The translations under genes were made by a program, and so were the position numbers. From contig CM052818.1 in NCBI GenBank assembly GCA_028534125.1, forward strand, positions 33,108,001 to 33,172,000: a stretch of 64,000 nucleotides of DNA, in the 5' to 3' direction. The notes below the pieces were generated by a model. It searched no databases and was not told the DNA's origin. It was given only the letters and a program-made list of their open reading frames with translations. The DNA comes from Lama glama. Its lineage: Eukaryota. Of the stretch, positions 10,976-23,491 are shown in pieces (position 1 is the first letter of the stretch; every line of letters begins with the position of its first letter).

Positions 10976-11859
10976 AGTCTCTGTCCCAGGAGGCCCGATC
11001 CTCCCCAGAGAGTCCCCCAGGCAGGACATGAGAGGCCACCCTAGTGACCTACAGGGAAGCCCACGGGCCACTGTCCCCAGGTGATTCACGGTCAACCCAG
11101 GTGACCTTGCTCTTTCCATCTTCTGAGAGCTTCCCTGTGAGACGACAAAGAGCCCAGGACAGGAGACTTTTCATCTTTCCCTGGGAGGACCTGGGCTGCT
11201 GCCTCGGAGAACTTCAAAGCTCTTCCTGACATGATCCCACCAACCTGGCCTGCCTGCTGGGGTTGGGAAGGTGTTAGGGCTGGGGGACTCTGAGGACCCG
11301 GGGGTGGGTTGGGGAAGGGAGAGTCTGTTGAATAATATGAGTTGTTTAAGGTCACACCCTTGAGAAAGTCAGTTTTCCTCTGGGTACCTCAGTTTCCCCA
11401 TCTCTAAAATGATGGCTAATAGTGTCTCCTGCTACCTGGATGACTTGTGGCCTGTGGTAGTGACAATGAAGGCAAAAGCCTGTTGCTTGGTCCGTGGTAG
11501 GTGAGCAGAAATGCTGGCTTCTTCCACAAGCCAGTTTCCTTACCTGGGAAATGGGAACAGTATGCCTACCTCACAGGTGAGATGTGACCAAATGACACAG
11601 TGTCTTGTACAGGATCTTGGCACACACTGGATGCCCAGCCAAGGCTACTCCTTTTCCCAAATCACTAGACAAAGCAAAACCCATGCCTATGGGCCTCCTC
11701 CTATTTTCCCAAGTCTCCCCGGAGCTCAGCGGCCCAGACTCCCCTTGGCAGTCCCTCCAGGGCCCTGGCAGGTGGAAGGCTCTACCAGAACCCCATCAGC
11801 CTCCTTGCCAGGCTGGGCCAAAAGCCCATGTCATCTGGGCCTCTCCCAGGGGCCGGGGG

Positions 11860-12065
11860 CTGTGAGTTCTAACCCTCACGCGGCTGCCGACTTATTGTGT
11901 GGCCTCAAGCCAACCTCCTGGCTTCTCTCAGTTTCCCCACCCGTAAAATCAGTCTAATGACCATCAGCCTCCTGCGCTGGAATATAGTGAGAATTAATTA
12001 AGGTTTGTAAAAGGCTTTGAGATCCATGGATGAAAGGCCCTGGAGAAGGACAGAGTGTTATTATC
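11860..12065 (+). mobile_element. Ancient CORE-SINE (MIR3/MIR1_Amn-like)
   Basis: ctcagtttccccacccgtaaaat core followed by the tail gtgagaattaattaaggtttgtaaaaggctttgagatccatggatgaaagg...gtgttattat. Confidence 0.8.
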
Positions 12066-12069
12066 CATT

Positions 12070-12290
12070 ATTAGTACTGTTATATTCCATCCAAAGATCT
12101 CAAAGTCTCTTACAGACGGTAATTAGTACCTTGCAGGGGTGTTTTGAGGATGATTAGTCCCACTTCACATTTGGGAAAACCAAAGCACAGAGAGAAGTTA
12201 AGTCAGAGCAGGGCAGAAAAGGAAAGAGCTGGCCCAGGATTCCTAGAACCTATGACCACCTTAGTCCTTGTACCCTCAGCCCCCAGGGTA
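12070..12290 (-). mobile_element. Ancient CORE-SINE (MIR3/MIR1_Amn-like), inverted relative to its neighbour
   Basis: ttccatccaaagatctcaaagtctcttacagacggtaattag...cccacttcacatttgggaaaaccaaagcacagagagaagttaagt. Confidence 0.8.
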
Positions 12291-13055
12291 CAGTTGAGCA
12301 TCTTCCTTTGGGCCAGACAGCCAGGGTCCACAAGGGGCTGGTGAGGTACCTCATCACCTGTTTCCTGGATTCTTCCCTTGGGGCAGCCCATCTCTAGCCT
12401 GGCTGAGCAGCAGAAGCTGGCAGTGAGGGGACTGCAAGGAGGGCAGTGGCGGGAGATGAAAGCAGATGGGACAAGGAGAGCAGAGATGCAGAGCAGCCTG
12501 CTGCGCTGGGGTGCTGGGCACAGGCTCTCCCTTTCTCTTAGCTCCCCAAACTCCACCTGTTGCCTTGAGGATGGGATCACATTAGGTTCCGGTGAACCAA
12601 CACCAGACCAGCCTTCCAAGTGACCTTTCCATGGGCATTCAAGAAGGGGAAGAAGCATGAGGCACTAAGACTGATGAGGTGGGAGATGCTGGGCTGTCTG
12701 CCCGTCGAGACTCGTTGGACTAGAGAGTCCCCCATCTGCCTTTTCTGGAGGAGATCCAATTGCTCCCTGGAGACAGTCGGGAGCCCCTGGTGCCTATGGC
12801 TGGCCCTCTGGTGCCCTGCTATGTGAACACGGTGATTAAAAAAATAGAAATGTCCCAGAGCTTGTAGTTTGAAGACAGGTTGCGCTAGTTTGTGTGCTAA
12901 GCCGTGATCCGAGTACGTAAAATCAGTGCTTTAATGTAGCAAGCTGCAGACGTATTCCCCACCAGGGCTGCCATGTTGCACAACTCCAGGTCCTTGATCT
13001 GCAACTCAACCCCACTGCCTAGGAACCAGAGCACTGAAGGAAGAGCAGTGATATT

Positions 13056-13264
13056 CAAGGGTGTGCTGGTAAATGTTTAATAACAAACTTTCAAAAACCA
13101 AAACAAAACCCCCAAATCTGACAAGTGTGTTTACCAATTTCCCTGGTATAAGTATCACGGCTGCCTTCAAGCTGCTGATGTGACATCAACCAGCTCACCC
13201 AGTTCCTGAAACTCTGACAGTTGACTCTCTTAAGTGGGTTCAAGCTAGCTCCTGCACACTGCCA
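13056..13264 (+). mobile_element. hAT MITE, MER63A-like
   Basis: Termini ggtgtgctggtaaatgtttaataac and caagctagctcctgcacac; internal ccaatttccctggtataagta...ttcaagct. Confidence 0.8.
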
Positions 13265-13689
13265 TCCCCTGAGACCACTTCCCCAAGAGAGAGGGAGCTT
13301 ACTAGTACCATAGGGAGGGAACTGCTTCTCACCCAAAGTAGTTCCTTCACTGGTTTTCCTGTCACCAGAAATTCCTCTGAAACCTTTGTTTCCAACAGAG
13401 CTCTGACACAGGTGAAGGGGAGAAAGGCTGAGATGTTTGCTCCCAGGGTTGGAATTGTAGGGCTCCTTCCCTCAATGTGTCCTAGAGAAGAGGCAGCAGG
13501 TTGCTAAGGAAACAGGCATAAGATGGGTGCATAGGTTTTGATGAAGGGAGGGGATTATAACGGGGACAAGTAATTGTCAAAGCGAGTGGCCTCAAGATGG
13601 AGGCTCTGGCTAGGAGCCTGAAGCATGTTACCCTGAGCCTCCCTGCCTCCAACTAACAAGAGCAAAACAGACCAATAAGGGAGCACAAG

Positions 13690-14610
13690 AAACCTTTTTA
13701 AAATGATCTGTACTCTTCAGAGAAATGAGAGAAGCTACTGTATCCATGAAATGAGAACAAGATGATATTTTAAAAGATGCCATTGGAAAATAAAGAAGAG
13801 CTCTTTGAAATCAGTATTATAGAGAAGCTAAAAAAAAAAATCTAATAGAAGGGTTGGAAGATAAACTTGAGAAAATTTCCCAGAAAATTAAGTAAAAAGG
13901 CAGACATTTAGAAAAGAGGGAAAATGAAAAGACAGGGGAGTTAGAGAATGGATCCAAGAGTTCCAACATTTGCTTGTAAATAAGTCCAGAGAAAGACAAT
14001 GGATAAATTGGAGAGGAGAAACAATCAAAGAAGTAATAAATAATACAAGAAAAATTTCCCAGGACTAAGGATGTGGGTGGCCAACATGAAAGGACATACC
14101 AAGTGCCTAAAACAATAATTGAAAAAATACCTACACCAAGGACCATAACTGTTAAATTTCAGAGTGGAGGTAAAGTAAAAAACCTAAAAGCTTCAGAGCA
14201 GAAAGAAAGCAGGTCACATGCAGAGGGTCAGGAGTTAGAATGAAATCAGACTTCTCAACAGCAATGCTGAAAGAAAGCAGATAAGTATGACAAGAAGAGC
14301 TATGTTTTTTTAATTATGAAGGAACACAATCTTCAGCCTATATTTATTTAACTGAAAACTAAGTGTGAGGGTAGAAAAATATATACAAAAACTCAGATTC
14401 ACAAAATCTTCAGACATGCAAAATCTCAAAAAAGTTTAACTCCTATGAATCCTTTCACTGGAAGCTGTTACTACTGGATGTACTTCCCCCCAAATAAGGG
14501 GAAAAGGCAGAAAAGCTGGGAAACCAGGAATAGAAACTGTGGTGAAGAGACGTCTCAGATGACAGCAGTGTCGCAGTCACGAAGAGCAACCTATCCAGAC
14601 CCAGGGCGCC
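13690..14610 (+). mobile_element. HAL1 / L1 ORF1-like fossil
   Basis: A-rich decayed ORF1 sequence (atagaagggttggaagataaacttgagaaaatttcccag; atcagacttctcaacagcaatgctg) followed by HAL1-like cagatgacagc...gagcaacctatccagac. Confidence 0.75.
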
Positions 14611-14954
14611 ATAGTGAGGGGAGTTTTACACTCTGTCTCAAGGCTAGATGAACCACATCGCAGGGTGTTGAGAATAAAAGCTAAGGATGGATGTAGAGTA
14701 AGCTAGGGGAATTAGGAGAGACTCTTCGTGATGTCCTACAATTTCTCTGAAAAATTGGGGTGGGGGAGAGAGACAGATGGGGGCCTGAGCCAGTGGTGAA
14801 AGTTTGGAGATTCTGTCTCAGGAACAAAGGGGGCCTTTAACCTGGAGCAAAATTGCTCCTGAGCCTTGAGTACCACATGTTTGCCGCGGTGGCTATGGGG
14901 AGAGCCTGTTGGGGGCCATCTGCACCTCAACTGGGTGTGAAGTTTATTCACTGT

Positions 14955-16270
14955 TCACTTATTTTGAAATAACTTCAAACCTATAGAAATAGTTTAAGAA
15001 CAGTACAAAGAACTTCTACAGCCCCTTCACCCAGATTCTCTGATAAATTATTTTACCACATTTGTGTCTTCTCTCTCTACTCATGTCTCTGTCTCTCCAT
15101 CTCTCTCCATATGTATATATGGATATGGCTTTTCCCCCCATGAACCACTGGATGACAAGTTGTAGACAGGGGGCCCCATGACCCCTAAATATTCCAGTTT
15201 GTACTTCCCCCAAACAACACCCTCTCCTCATTACTGTCATTCAACCCTCCAAATTAGGAAATCAAAACGAGTTTAATGCCATTCTTTAATACATAGACCC
15301 CATTCTAATTTCTCTAACTGTCCCAGCAATGCCTCATTTGCCTTTCTGGTCCAGGATCCAAGTCAGGATTCTGAGTGGCATTTAGTTGTCATGCTTTATT
15401 AGTTTCCTTCAGTCTGGAGCCGGTCAGTCTTTCCCTGTCTTTCACGACCTTGACCATCTTAAAGAGTACCGGCCATTCATTCTGTAGGATGTCCCCCAAC
15501 ATGAATCTATCCAACGTTTCCTCGTGTCCACTCTCAGGGTGAGCATTCTTGGCAAGAGTACCACAGAAATGATGCTGGGCTCATCTTAGGGCATCACATC
15601 TGGCCATGCATTACTGACCTGTCCCACCAGTAGTGATGTTAACCTTGATCACCAGGTCAGATTGGTGCCCTCCAGGTTTCTCTACCGTGAACTCACATCT
15701 TTCCTTTTGTCTTGGATAAGTACGTGTTGGGGAGCTCCTCCAAGGCTACGCCAATATCCTGTTCCTCATCAAATCTCTGCCTACCAGCATTAGCACCCAT
15801 TGAGGACTCCAGCCTTGTTCACCCACAACTATGAAGGTTGCCAAATGGTGAATATCTATTTCCATCGCTCATTCTACATTTATTAGTTGGTATCCTACTG
15901 TAAGGAAGAGTTTTCTTTTTCCATCTTTTATTCATTCATTCATTTATATCAATATGGTCTCATGGATTTGTATTTTAATCAAAATGTTGTAATCTGTTAC
16001 CATGACTGTTTATTTTGATGCTCAAACTGTCCCAGATTTAGCCTTCAGGCAGATTTCTGTGTCATTTTGACACGTCTCCATTATTCCTTGACTGTTTCCT
16101 TAGTTTTCTGGCAAAAAAAAGATGTTTTAAACTCATGTTGTATTTTTGCTGTTCTAGCCCTGGGATCAGCCATTAGCTCCAGTTCCTTTTAGTGGATAAT
16201 AATATTTTAAAACTAAGATCTGGGCTCTTGATGGCTTATTGCTACCAGGGTATCGTTGCTTCTAGGCAAT
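14955..16270 (-). mobile_element. L1MC4/L1MC5-type 3'UTR
   Basis: ttattttgaaataacttcaaacctatagaa...ccttcacccagattc...ggtccaggatccaa...gcatttagttgtcatg...tattttgatgctcaaactgtcccagattt. Confidence 0.85.
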
Positions 16271-16274
16271 TGCC

Positions 16275-16755
16275 TCTAAGCAAGAACATTGATTGTTCCA
16301 GAATAATGTTAAAGAACACTGGCAAATCCTGGCACCCTCTTCTTGTGCCTGACTTTAATAGCAATATCCCCGGTGTTTTGGCATCACACTTGGTTCTGTC
16401 TATTGGTTTGACATAGACATTATAAAACCACATTAAAGAAGGCTTCTTCTATTTTAGTTTAATTAGGAGTTTATTTTTTAAGCAGGTATGGATATTGAAT
16501 TTTGTAAAATACACTTTTTTGGCCTCCATCTAAATGGCCAAGCTGTTTTTCTTCTTTTGATATATTGATATGTTATAGTAGAAAATTTAACAGTATTAAA
16601 CCATGTCCCTTTCCCTGAATAAACTCTATTTGGTCAGGATGTACTTTTCAGAATATAATGCTTGATTCAATGTGCTAATATTTTACTTAGGAATTGTGTA
16701 TCAGTGTTTATAAGTGAGAAGAGACTGACATTCCTTTTTTTATTGTCTTGGTCAG
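16275..16755 (-). mobile_element. L1 ORF2 reverse-transcriptase fossil
   Basis: Minus-strand translations SLINTDTQFLSKILAH (cf. L1 SLMNIDAKILNKILAN) and LKSGTRRGCQDLPVFFNIILE (cf. [21 protein letters not shown]); stops and frameshifts present. Confidence 0.9.
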
Positions 16756-17604
16756 ATGCTGGCCATGTAGGTGGGGTGGAAACAGGATGCAAAAAATGTG
16801 CAAAAGAAGAGAGGGCTCCTGGAGCCACGGAGGGAAGGAAGGAGGGGAAGGGGAGAAAAGGAGATGGGGGGGTCCTGTAAGAGCAAGTTGTAGCCTTGAG
16901 GGGAATTTGAAAGACTAGAGCCTTTCTAGGTGAGGTCAAGTGGCCAGGCAGTGGCTTGCTGAAGAAAAGCTGAAAGTCACAGGTCTTGGAAAAGTCAAGA
17001 AACTATGAGGCAAGGATCTGGATGGACAGCCCACCTGGCTGTTGAAATCTCCCCAGATGGAAGCCAAGAGGCTGGCAGAGTCAGTGCCAAGGCCAGTGGG
17101 GTCATGACCTGCCGGCTGGTGAGGATGCCACGGGGGATGGGGAGAGGTGGCCTGACCGGCTGAAAAGACCCCACGTGGGAGGCAACTTCTTTTTTTTAAT
17201 AGAGGTGAAAGCTCGACACAGGAGCAACAGTTTGGAGCTGAGGTAGTGCTGCCCTGTCCTCTCCTGGGCCCAGCTGAGGAGGTGAGAGGGGGAGCTGGAC
17301 CGTGCTCTGGGAGGCCAGGTATCCGGGCACGCAAAGGTCAGATGTCAGAACTGCTGCTGAGGGAGGGATGGCTTTTCTAATCTCAACTCTAGGACCAGTT
17401 CAATTCAATGAGTTAATGGATGTACCTGGCACGAAGTAAGCCCAGCAGAAACTATTATTATTATTTGTACTAAGTAATTAAATGTTCTTCAAGTCATGCT
17501 AAAAGGCCTTTGCAGACACTGCCCAAGATACGTGTTTGACCCATTCTGCCTACAGGCAAAACCCATCCTCCCTTCCCTTTCTCATTTCCAGATCCTTCCA
17601 GAAG

Positions 17605-17715
17605 ACTTTGGCACCAGTCAGTCCCCAGACTCAAATCCCACATGCCACTGGCAAGCTGCATGGACTTGGGCAAACCTGGGCCTCATCTGAAAAATGGGTA
17701 ACGATGCCTCCTGAA
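17605..17715 (+). mobile_element. MIR SINE fragment
   Basis: tcaaatcccacatgccactggcaagctgcatggacttgggcaa...cctcatctgaaaaatggg. Confidence 0.7.
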
Positions 17716-18424
17716 GGTGGGAAAGGGGCATCAGTGCTAGGACCCCAGGCCACCTGAGTCCTGCAGCACCCTGAGCCCAGGACTGCCTAGTGCTGCAGGT
17801 TTGGTGGCTGCTCAGAGGCTGAGCAAATCCCGGAGCAGAAAGGGGAAGAGAAAGGGGGGCCCCTGGCCAGGACCTGGATTTCTGCAGCTCAGACATAAAA
17901 GACAGGCAGGGCAGGAGGGTGTCGAGAGTAGATTTTCCAGTCCAGACAGGTGCTAATCTGTCAAGCCTCAGATCCAGGAGCATGATCCAGCCACTGGGAC
18001 CTCCGTGACAGGAGAGCGTGGAGAGGCAGAGAAAGGTGCAGGTCCTTGGCCTGTGGTTTGATGGGTGGTCTCTGCAGTTCCCCATCTGAGCTGGGAACCA
18101 AGCACCCAGCCTCTACCACATGCCTCCATCCCGCCCATTTCTGGCCATGGTCCTCATCCCAAAGGCCCCTGCTGGAGCCTCGTGTGGTCACGGGCCCTTC
18201 GTAGGGTTGCTGCCAGGGTTGCCTCTCCCCAGGGGTAGGACCCTCATTCCTCAAGGGACAGGGCACACAGGAAAAGCCAGGGTGAGCTTGGGGGCTTGCT
18301 CTACAAAAGCACCTTATCACAGAGCTAGGGAGGGAGTGGAAAGGCCGGCAAGGATGGGACTCGCTCAGCAGGATGAGCCCCTCCCAGGAGAGGGCTTCCA
18401 TCCGGGGCTCTGGGTGCTGAGTCA

Positions 18425-18575
18425 CAATGATGACGATATTAACACTCATTCAGCATCGAGCACATGCCTAAATCAGAACCCACACCTTACAGGAGAGGAT
18501 ACTGAAGCTCAGAGTTTGATTCACCTAAAGTAACAGAGGTGGTCAGTGTCAGAGCAGGATTCGAACCCAAATCCA
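18425..18575 (-). mobile_element. MIR SINE fragment
   Basis: ccttacaggagaggatactgaagctcagag...gtcagagcaggattcgaaccca. Confidence 0.7.
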
Positions 18576-20869
18576 TGGAGGAGGCAGGGCCTGTGTTTCG
18601 GTTCCCCCATCTGCAGTGCACGAGTCTTTAGAGAGCTGGGGCGAGCGCCGTGCTCTGCCAGGGCTGCGGTCAGGCAGCGGGTAGCACAGTTTGACCAAGA
18701 ACTGTCTGGGGACTCATGTGAGTTACTTAACCTACTCTGGGCCCCAGGTGCCTCTGGTGGAAAGCAGGCATGATGCCAGCTCCCAAAGAGAGGTGTGGGA
18801 AAGAGCAAAGCAGAAAATGGAGGTGTAACCGAGGCAGCTGGGGTCTCCCAGCCGCCTGAGGTCTACACGTGATCAGTGCAAAACCCCACGTTAGGCTCCG
18901 AGAAATCCAGGACCCTCGCCAGGATTTCTGCAGATCACTCGGAGTGGGGGTGAGGTGGGGGGCTTAGGGTCAAGGCCCCTCAGCCTCTGGGCCCCACCTC
19001 TGCGTTTCTCCTCTGGTGCCACCCTGGGAGAACCCAGGCCCAGCAACTGTGCCTTCTTCTCTCTCCATCAGAAGCCCTCCCCTTCTCCTGGAGGTGGTCT
19101 TTACTGCCAAGCAGATGGGGAGGGCACAGAAGCAAAGAACTTCCGCGTGAACACAGCACACTTGGGTTCTTCAGACGCCCTTCAGTCATGAGATTTCCAT
19201 CTGCTCTCCGCCTGCATGGCCCCAAAGTCCCAGGCCTCAGCTCTCCTGGGCTCCAGGACCCCGCTCTTTCCTCTCCCCTCTCCCACCCTATGTGCCCTCT
19301 CCAGTCTTCTATCTGCAGGCAGCCTACTCCACATCCCCTCCTGCCTGACTCTAGACCCTTCTCTGCACATCCAAGTCAGCCAGGGGCTCACAGGGCAAAA
19401 GGACCTTCATCTAAGGGAGCCACCTTCTTAGACAGCAGACTAGGTTTCTTTAAAGGGGGGGGGCGCACACAGGTGAAGCGGTTTGCTTTCCCGCCATCCC
19501 CAGCACCCTTCCCTGCTGGCCAACTACCCGTAAGAGGTGTACGGTCTAGCCAGTGCAATGAAACTGATTCTTGTGTTGTTCCCTGTTAAGACCATTTGGA
19601 AATAAGAAAAAACCAGAGTTAATGGCTGTATGTAACCTCGGGGAGGGGAGTAACTTTAGGGAAAACAGGACAATCCCTGGGTTCTAACCCCATTGACAAC
19701 TCACTGTGTGGCCTCAGGAAAGTCAGGCCTCGGAACTTTCCATGCACCTGTGACAGGAGAAGGGGATGGGACAGGACAAGGTGGCCTCGGAGGCCCTTCT
19801 GGCTGTTCCTTGCTTTCTGGTGGAGCCCTGGGAGGTGCGACACCTGCTGAAACCCCAGCCAAGGCGCTGGGCCGATCCCTGTGGCACTGGCAGCCCCGTC
19901 CCAGGCACGCTGTGCTGAGGAGGCAGCCATGTGTACGAAGCAGCTGTGGGCAGAGGGGCTGGATGCTCCTTAGACAGGGGGCTGCGTGTGGCCTGAGTTG
20001 CGGTCTGCGCTGCGCACGAGGGAGGCTGAGGAGGAAGAAGTGGGACCCGCTTCCTGGCTCAACCACTGACTGTTACTTTGAACAGCTAGCTTCCTCTCTT
20101 TCGGAGTCTTGGTTTCTCATCTGGTAAGAGGGAGCACCCGGCTTCCCGGGAGGGCCCGGCCCGGCCAGGGTGCTGGCCAGCACCGCTCACTGTACAGCCT
20201 GGGCACAAGGCCACTACTGGGGCTGGGACTTGGGGGACACCCCAGCTCTAGGAAGAGCTGCCTGGGGAGGGAGGAGACACAGGAGAGGAAACTTGAAAGA
20301 CTGAGCCAGCCTCCCCAACAGAAAGAAATCAACATAAGAAAGGAAGAGAGATTTTATAGCCCCTGGAGCCTGCAGTTCTAAAAAGAAGCCATTGAAAGGT
20401 TGCCCCAGCGCGCTGATCCTTTGGCACTCACTAGACCTACGCAATGCCAAGCGAGGCTACACCACCAATTCTGATCACATCCAGACTGAACCCATCCCCA
20501 CCATGTTTTTTTCTCGACATGCCCAACAGCCACCAGGACCCCTCTCCTGAAGGACTCCAGCTCAGACCACCAAGAACCTGATTTTGCCCCATCAAACTTA
20601 GGTTTGAGTGAATGAATGAATGAATGTTTTTAACAATGAAAAGTTACTGGGTGCCAGGCTCTGGGGCATGCCCCAAGTGTGGTGGGCACCATAATGGCCC
20701 GCCCTGTTCCCCTTCGGTGAGGACTTGTCCCAGTTGCTGGGAGGGCTGGCCAGACACCTGCCCCTCAGGGATGGCCTCAGCTACCGGGAAAGCTGGGAAG
20801 ACCACTCTCAAGAGCTCGCCTTTTCTCAGGGCAGCGCAGATTCAGGACAGGTAGATTCCAGAGTACACA

Positions 20870-21090
20870 GATCTGATGTGGAATGACTCTGGAGAGCAGT
20901 GCCAGTTCCAGAACTCCGATGGGGCCAGCTGAGGCTGTCATGGGGCATCCCTGCTCAGCTTCCCTCTGCTCAGTCCTGCTTCCTTGTTCCCTTGAGCCCA
21001 GGGTTTGATCCCAAGACCACTCCCTAAGAAACATCTGGCACACTGACTCAGTCTCAGAGCCTGCTTCCAGGGAACCCAGCCAGCGACACA
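20870..21090 (+). mobile_element. ERVL LTR 3' part (LTR16-like)
   Basis: cagtcctgcttcctt...tttgatcccaagaccactccctaagaaacatctggcacac...gtctcagagcctgcttccagggaaccc...gaca. Confidence 0.75.
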
Positions 21091-21227
21091 GACAAGTGCT
21101 ATGGCCCTTGCTCTGGAGAGCGGTCATTCTAGTTGGGAACAGCAACAGCAGCAGCAATAATAGTAACTGAGTGCTCCCTATCAGCTGGGCGCTATGCTAT
21201 GCTATGCATTTCACACCTGCTCCTTCT

Positions 21228-22195
21228 ATATTAGACCTCAGTTGAAAGAGACAGAAACTCAGCTGAAGAAACTGAAGTAAAATCAGGACTAAATAGACTC
21301 AAGTGACTGAAACAGCCGGTAAACCTCCTGCTTTGGCCCCTGCTGGACCCACATGCTGTTGCAGTGCCCAGAGTGTGCGTCCGCGGCCCCGTTTCCAGTG
21401 CGGACATCAGGCTCAGGCTCAGTCTCCCCAGCTGGCGGCTGTATTAGTGCCCTGCGGCTGCTGTAACAAATCGCCACAAACGTAGGTGGCTTAGCACACA
21501 GAACGTTGTTCCCTCACCGTGGTGGAGGCCGGAAGCCTGAAATCATGGTGTTGGCAAGGCCAGTTCCCGCCGGAGCTGCCAAGGGGAAAGCAGTCCCGTG
21601 CCCCTCTCCCAGCTTCTGGTGCTGACTGGCCATTCTTGGTGCTCCTCGGCTTGTAGGTGCCTCACTGCCACCTCTGCCTCTATTGTCATATGGCCTTTTC
21701 CCTGTCCCTGCCTCTGTGTCTAAATGTCCCTCTTATAAAGATACCAGTTATTGAATGAGGGTCCACCCTCATCCAGTAAGGCTTTATCTTCACTTGCTTA
21801 CACCTGCAAAGACCCTATGTCTGAATAAAATCACCTTCAAAGGGGGTTAGGACTTGAACATATCTTTTGGGGGAACACAACTGAACCCACGACAGTGGCC
21901 AAAGGCCCCAGCGTTCCTTCTGTCAGTCTGGTAATTTCAGTGGAAATGAAGTCTCAGTGACTCCAGCTAAAGTCTCAAGCACAGGTCCCATTGGTCTGGT
22001 GTGAGTTACATGCCCATCCCTGGAACCTATCTCTGTGGCCAGGGCAATGGAATATTCTGGATCATATGCTCATGCTGGAACCAGGCAGTAAGGTCAGGCC
22101 TACCTGGACCACATATCCAACTGCAAATCCAGATGATATCACCAAAAGGAAGAGGAATGGACACTGGAAAGGCAAAAACAACAGGTGCTTCTCAG
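21228..22195 (-). mobile_element. Old MaLR LTR (MLT1J/K/L-like), interrupted at 21440-21894
   Basis: cagttgaaagagacagaaactcagct...gactcaagtgactgaaa; right half cattggtctggtgtgagttacatgcccatccctggaacc...gtggccagggcaatggaat...aagaggaatggacactgga. Confidence 0.7.
21440..21894 (-). mobile_element. Complete MaLR solo LTR (MLT1C/D-like)
   Basis: TG...CA ends (tgtattag...cccacgaca); 5-bp TSD GCGGC 21435-21439 / GTGGC 21895-21899; ggctgctgtaacaaatcgccacaaac. Confidence 0.92.
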
Positions 22196-22384
22196 CCCAG
22201 GTACCCTGCAGGGTGGGCCTCATTCCCATTTCCTGAGTGGGAAATGGGAGCTCAGAAAAGTTAAGTGCCTTGCAACTAGTGAACGGGATTAGACCTGAGC
22301 TGAGAATAACCCAGGCCTATCTGGCTCCAAAACTGCGCTCTTTCCCCATCAAATGAATGCCAAGAGTTCACACAGTGCTCCCCC

Positions 22385-22755
22385 TGGGACAGTCAGGCAA
22401 AGCGTCTTGGAGGAGGGAGAACTCAGGCTGTGCCTTGAGGGGAGGGAGAGGAGGACCATCCAGGAGAAGCAGAGGCCTGGAGCCAAAGAGCCAAGGCCTT
22501 TGTTTGGGGCAGAAGGTTCTCTTAGGAGCAGGGGGATAGGGTTGGAAATGTGGCTGAGGCCGACTGCAAGGCCCTGAGAGTCTTCTGTTCTCCATGGGCA
22601 TTGGGAACCATTGACAATTTATGAGCCAGGGAGAGACTAGGCCCTTGATCATCTCATGGGGAGATCAATTATAGGGGTGAGGCTTGGGCTGGGAGGACCA
22701 GGGGGAGGGTATTGCCACAGTCCAGGTGAGAGGTGAAAAGGACCAGGGCAGGGGG
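22385..22755 (-). mobile_element. L2 LINE fragment
   Basis: gtcaggcaaagcgtcttggaggaggg...ggcattgggaaccattga...gggtattgccacagtccaggtgagaggtga. Confidence 0.7.
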
Positions 22756-23451
22756 CTGCAGAGGAGGCACTTCCACCCACACGCCTAACTAGACCCAAGC
22801 CCAAATCCAACCCTGTCCCAGGCCAGCCTCCCACCCCCTCTATTACTGCTCTGCCTCTTGATGCCAGCTAGAAATTATAGGAGGGGACCAGGACGGGTGG
22901 GACTTCCCTCACACTCGTGTCTAGTGTTGGGCCTCAAAAACCCCTCTGGGCAAACTGTTCTCCTGACCAATACATGCGCAGACCTTGATGTGGGCGAATC
23001 ATTACGTCTTGGATGGTTACGTGCTGGCACCAAAGGCATTTCCCCAACCAAGACGGAGACTAACGAGGCCAGCTGCCAGGCCAGCTTCTCTGCTTCCTCC
23101 AGCTGACTCAGGGGAACAGGGATGGGGGAGTGGGGGTCAGCTGCACCCAAGGGCCCCGGTGGACAGTGGCCCCAGGAGTGGGTACACCTTGCAACGGGCC
23201 CCTCTGCAGGCTCTCTGCAGTGAGGAACATGAGCAGGGGGACTCCTCCTGCTGCACAAAGGCCTGCAGCTGAGGATGGAAGCCCACAGGCTGCTGGGTAA
23301 ACACCCCCAGGGCCTGGCTTAGGAAGGGGAACTGGGGGGTAGCTTAGGTGGACTCCTTGAGCTAAGAGGTGAGTGAGCACTGAAGGCTCCACGAGTCTTT
23401 TGTAAATGAGGCAGAGCCTCACAAGACAGGAGAGAGTTCCCACTGTCCCCA

Positions 23452-23491
23452 GTGTGTGTGTGTGTGTGTGTGCGCGCGCGCGTGCGTGCGC
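23452..23491 (+). repeat. (TG)n-(CG)n-(TGCG)n alternating purine-pyrimidine tract
   Basis: 40 bp of uninterrupted alternation, directly visible. Confidence 0.95.

Larger units (their letters stand above)
21155..22350 (-). mobile_element. MIR split into 21155-21225 and 22200-22350 by LTR insertions
   Basis: Left aataatagtaactgagtgctccctat...ctatgcatttcacac; right cattcccatttcctgagtgggaaatgggagctcagaaaagttaagtgccttg...cccaggcctatctggctccaaa. Confidence 0.65.

Noticed and set aside
16242-16755. Reverse-transcriptase-like peptides
   Set aside because: Decayed L1 ORF2 with stops and frameshifts; not a functional RT or retron-like system
20605-20630. (TGAA)n repeats here and at 52945-52977 and about 56940
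   Set aside because: Ordinary L2 3' terminal repeats
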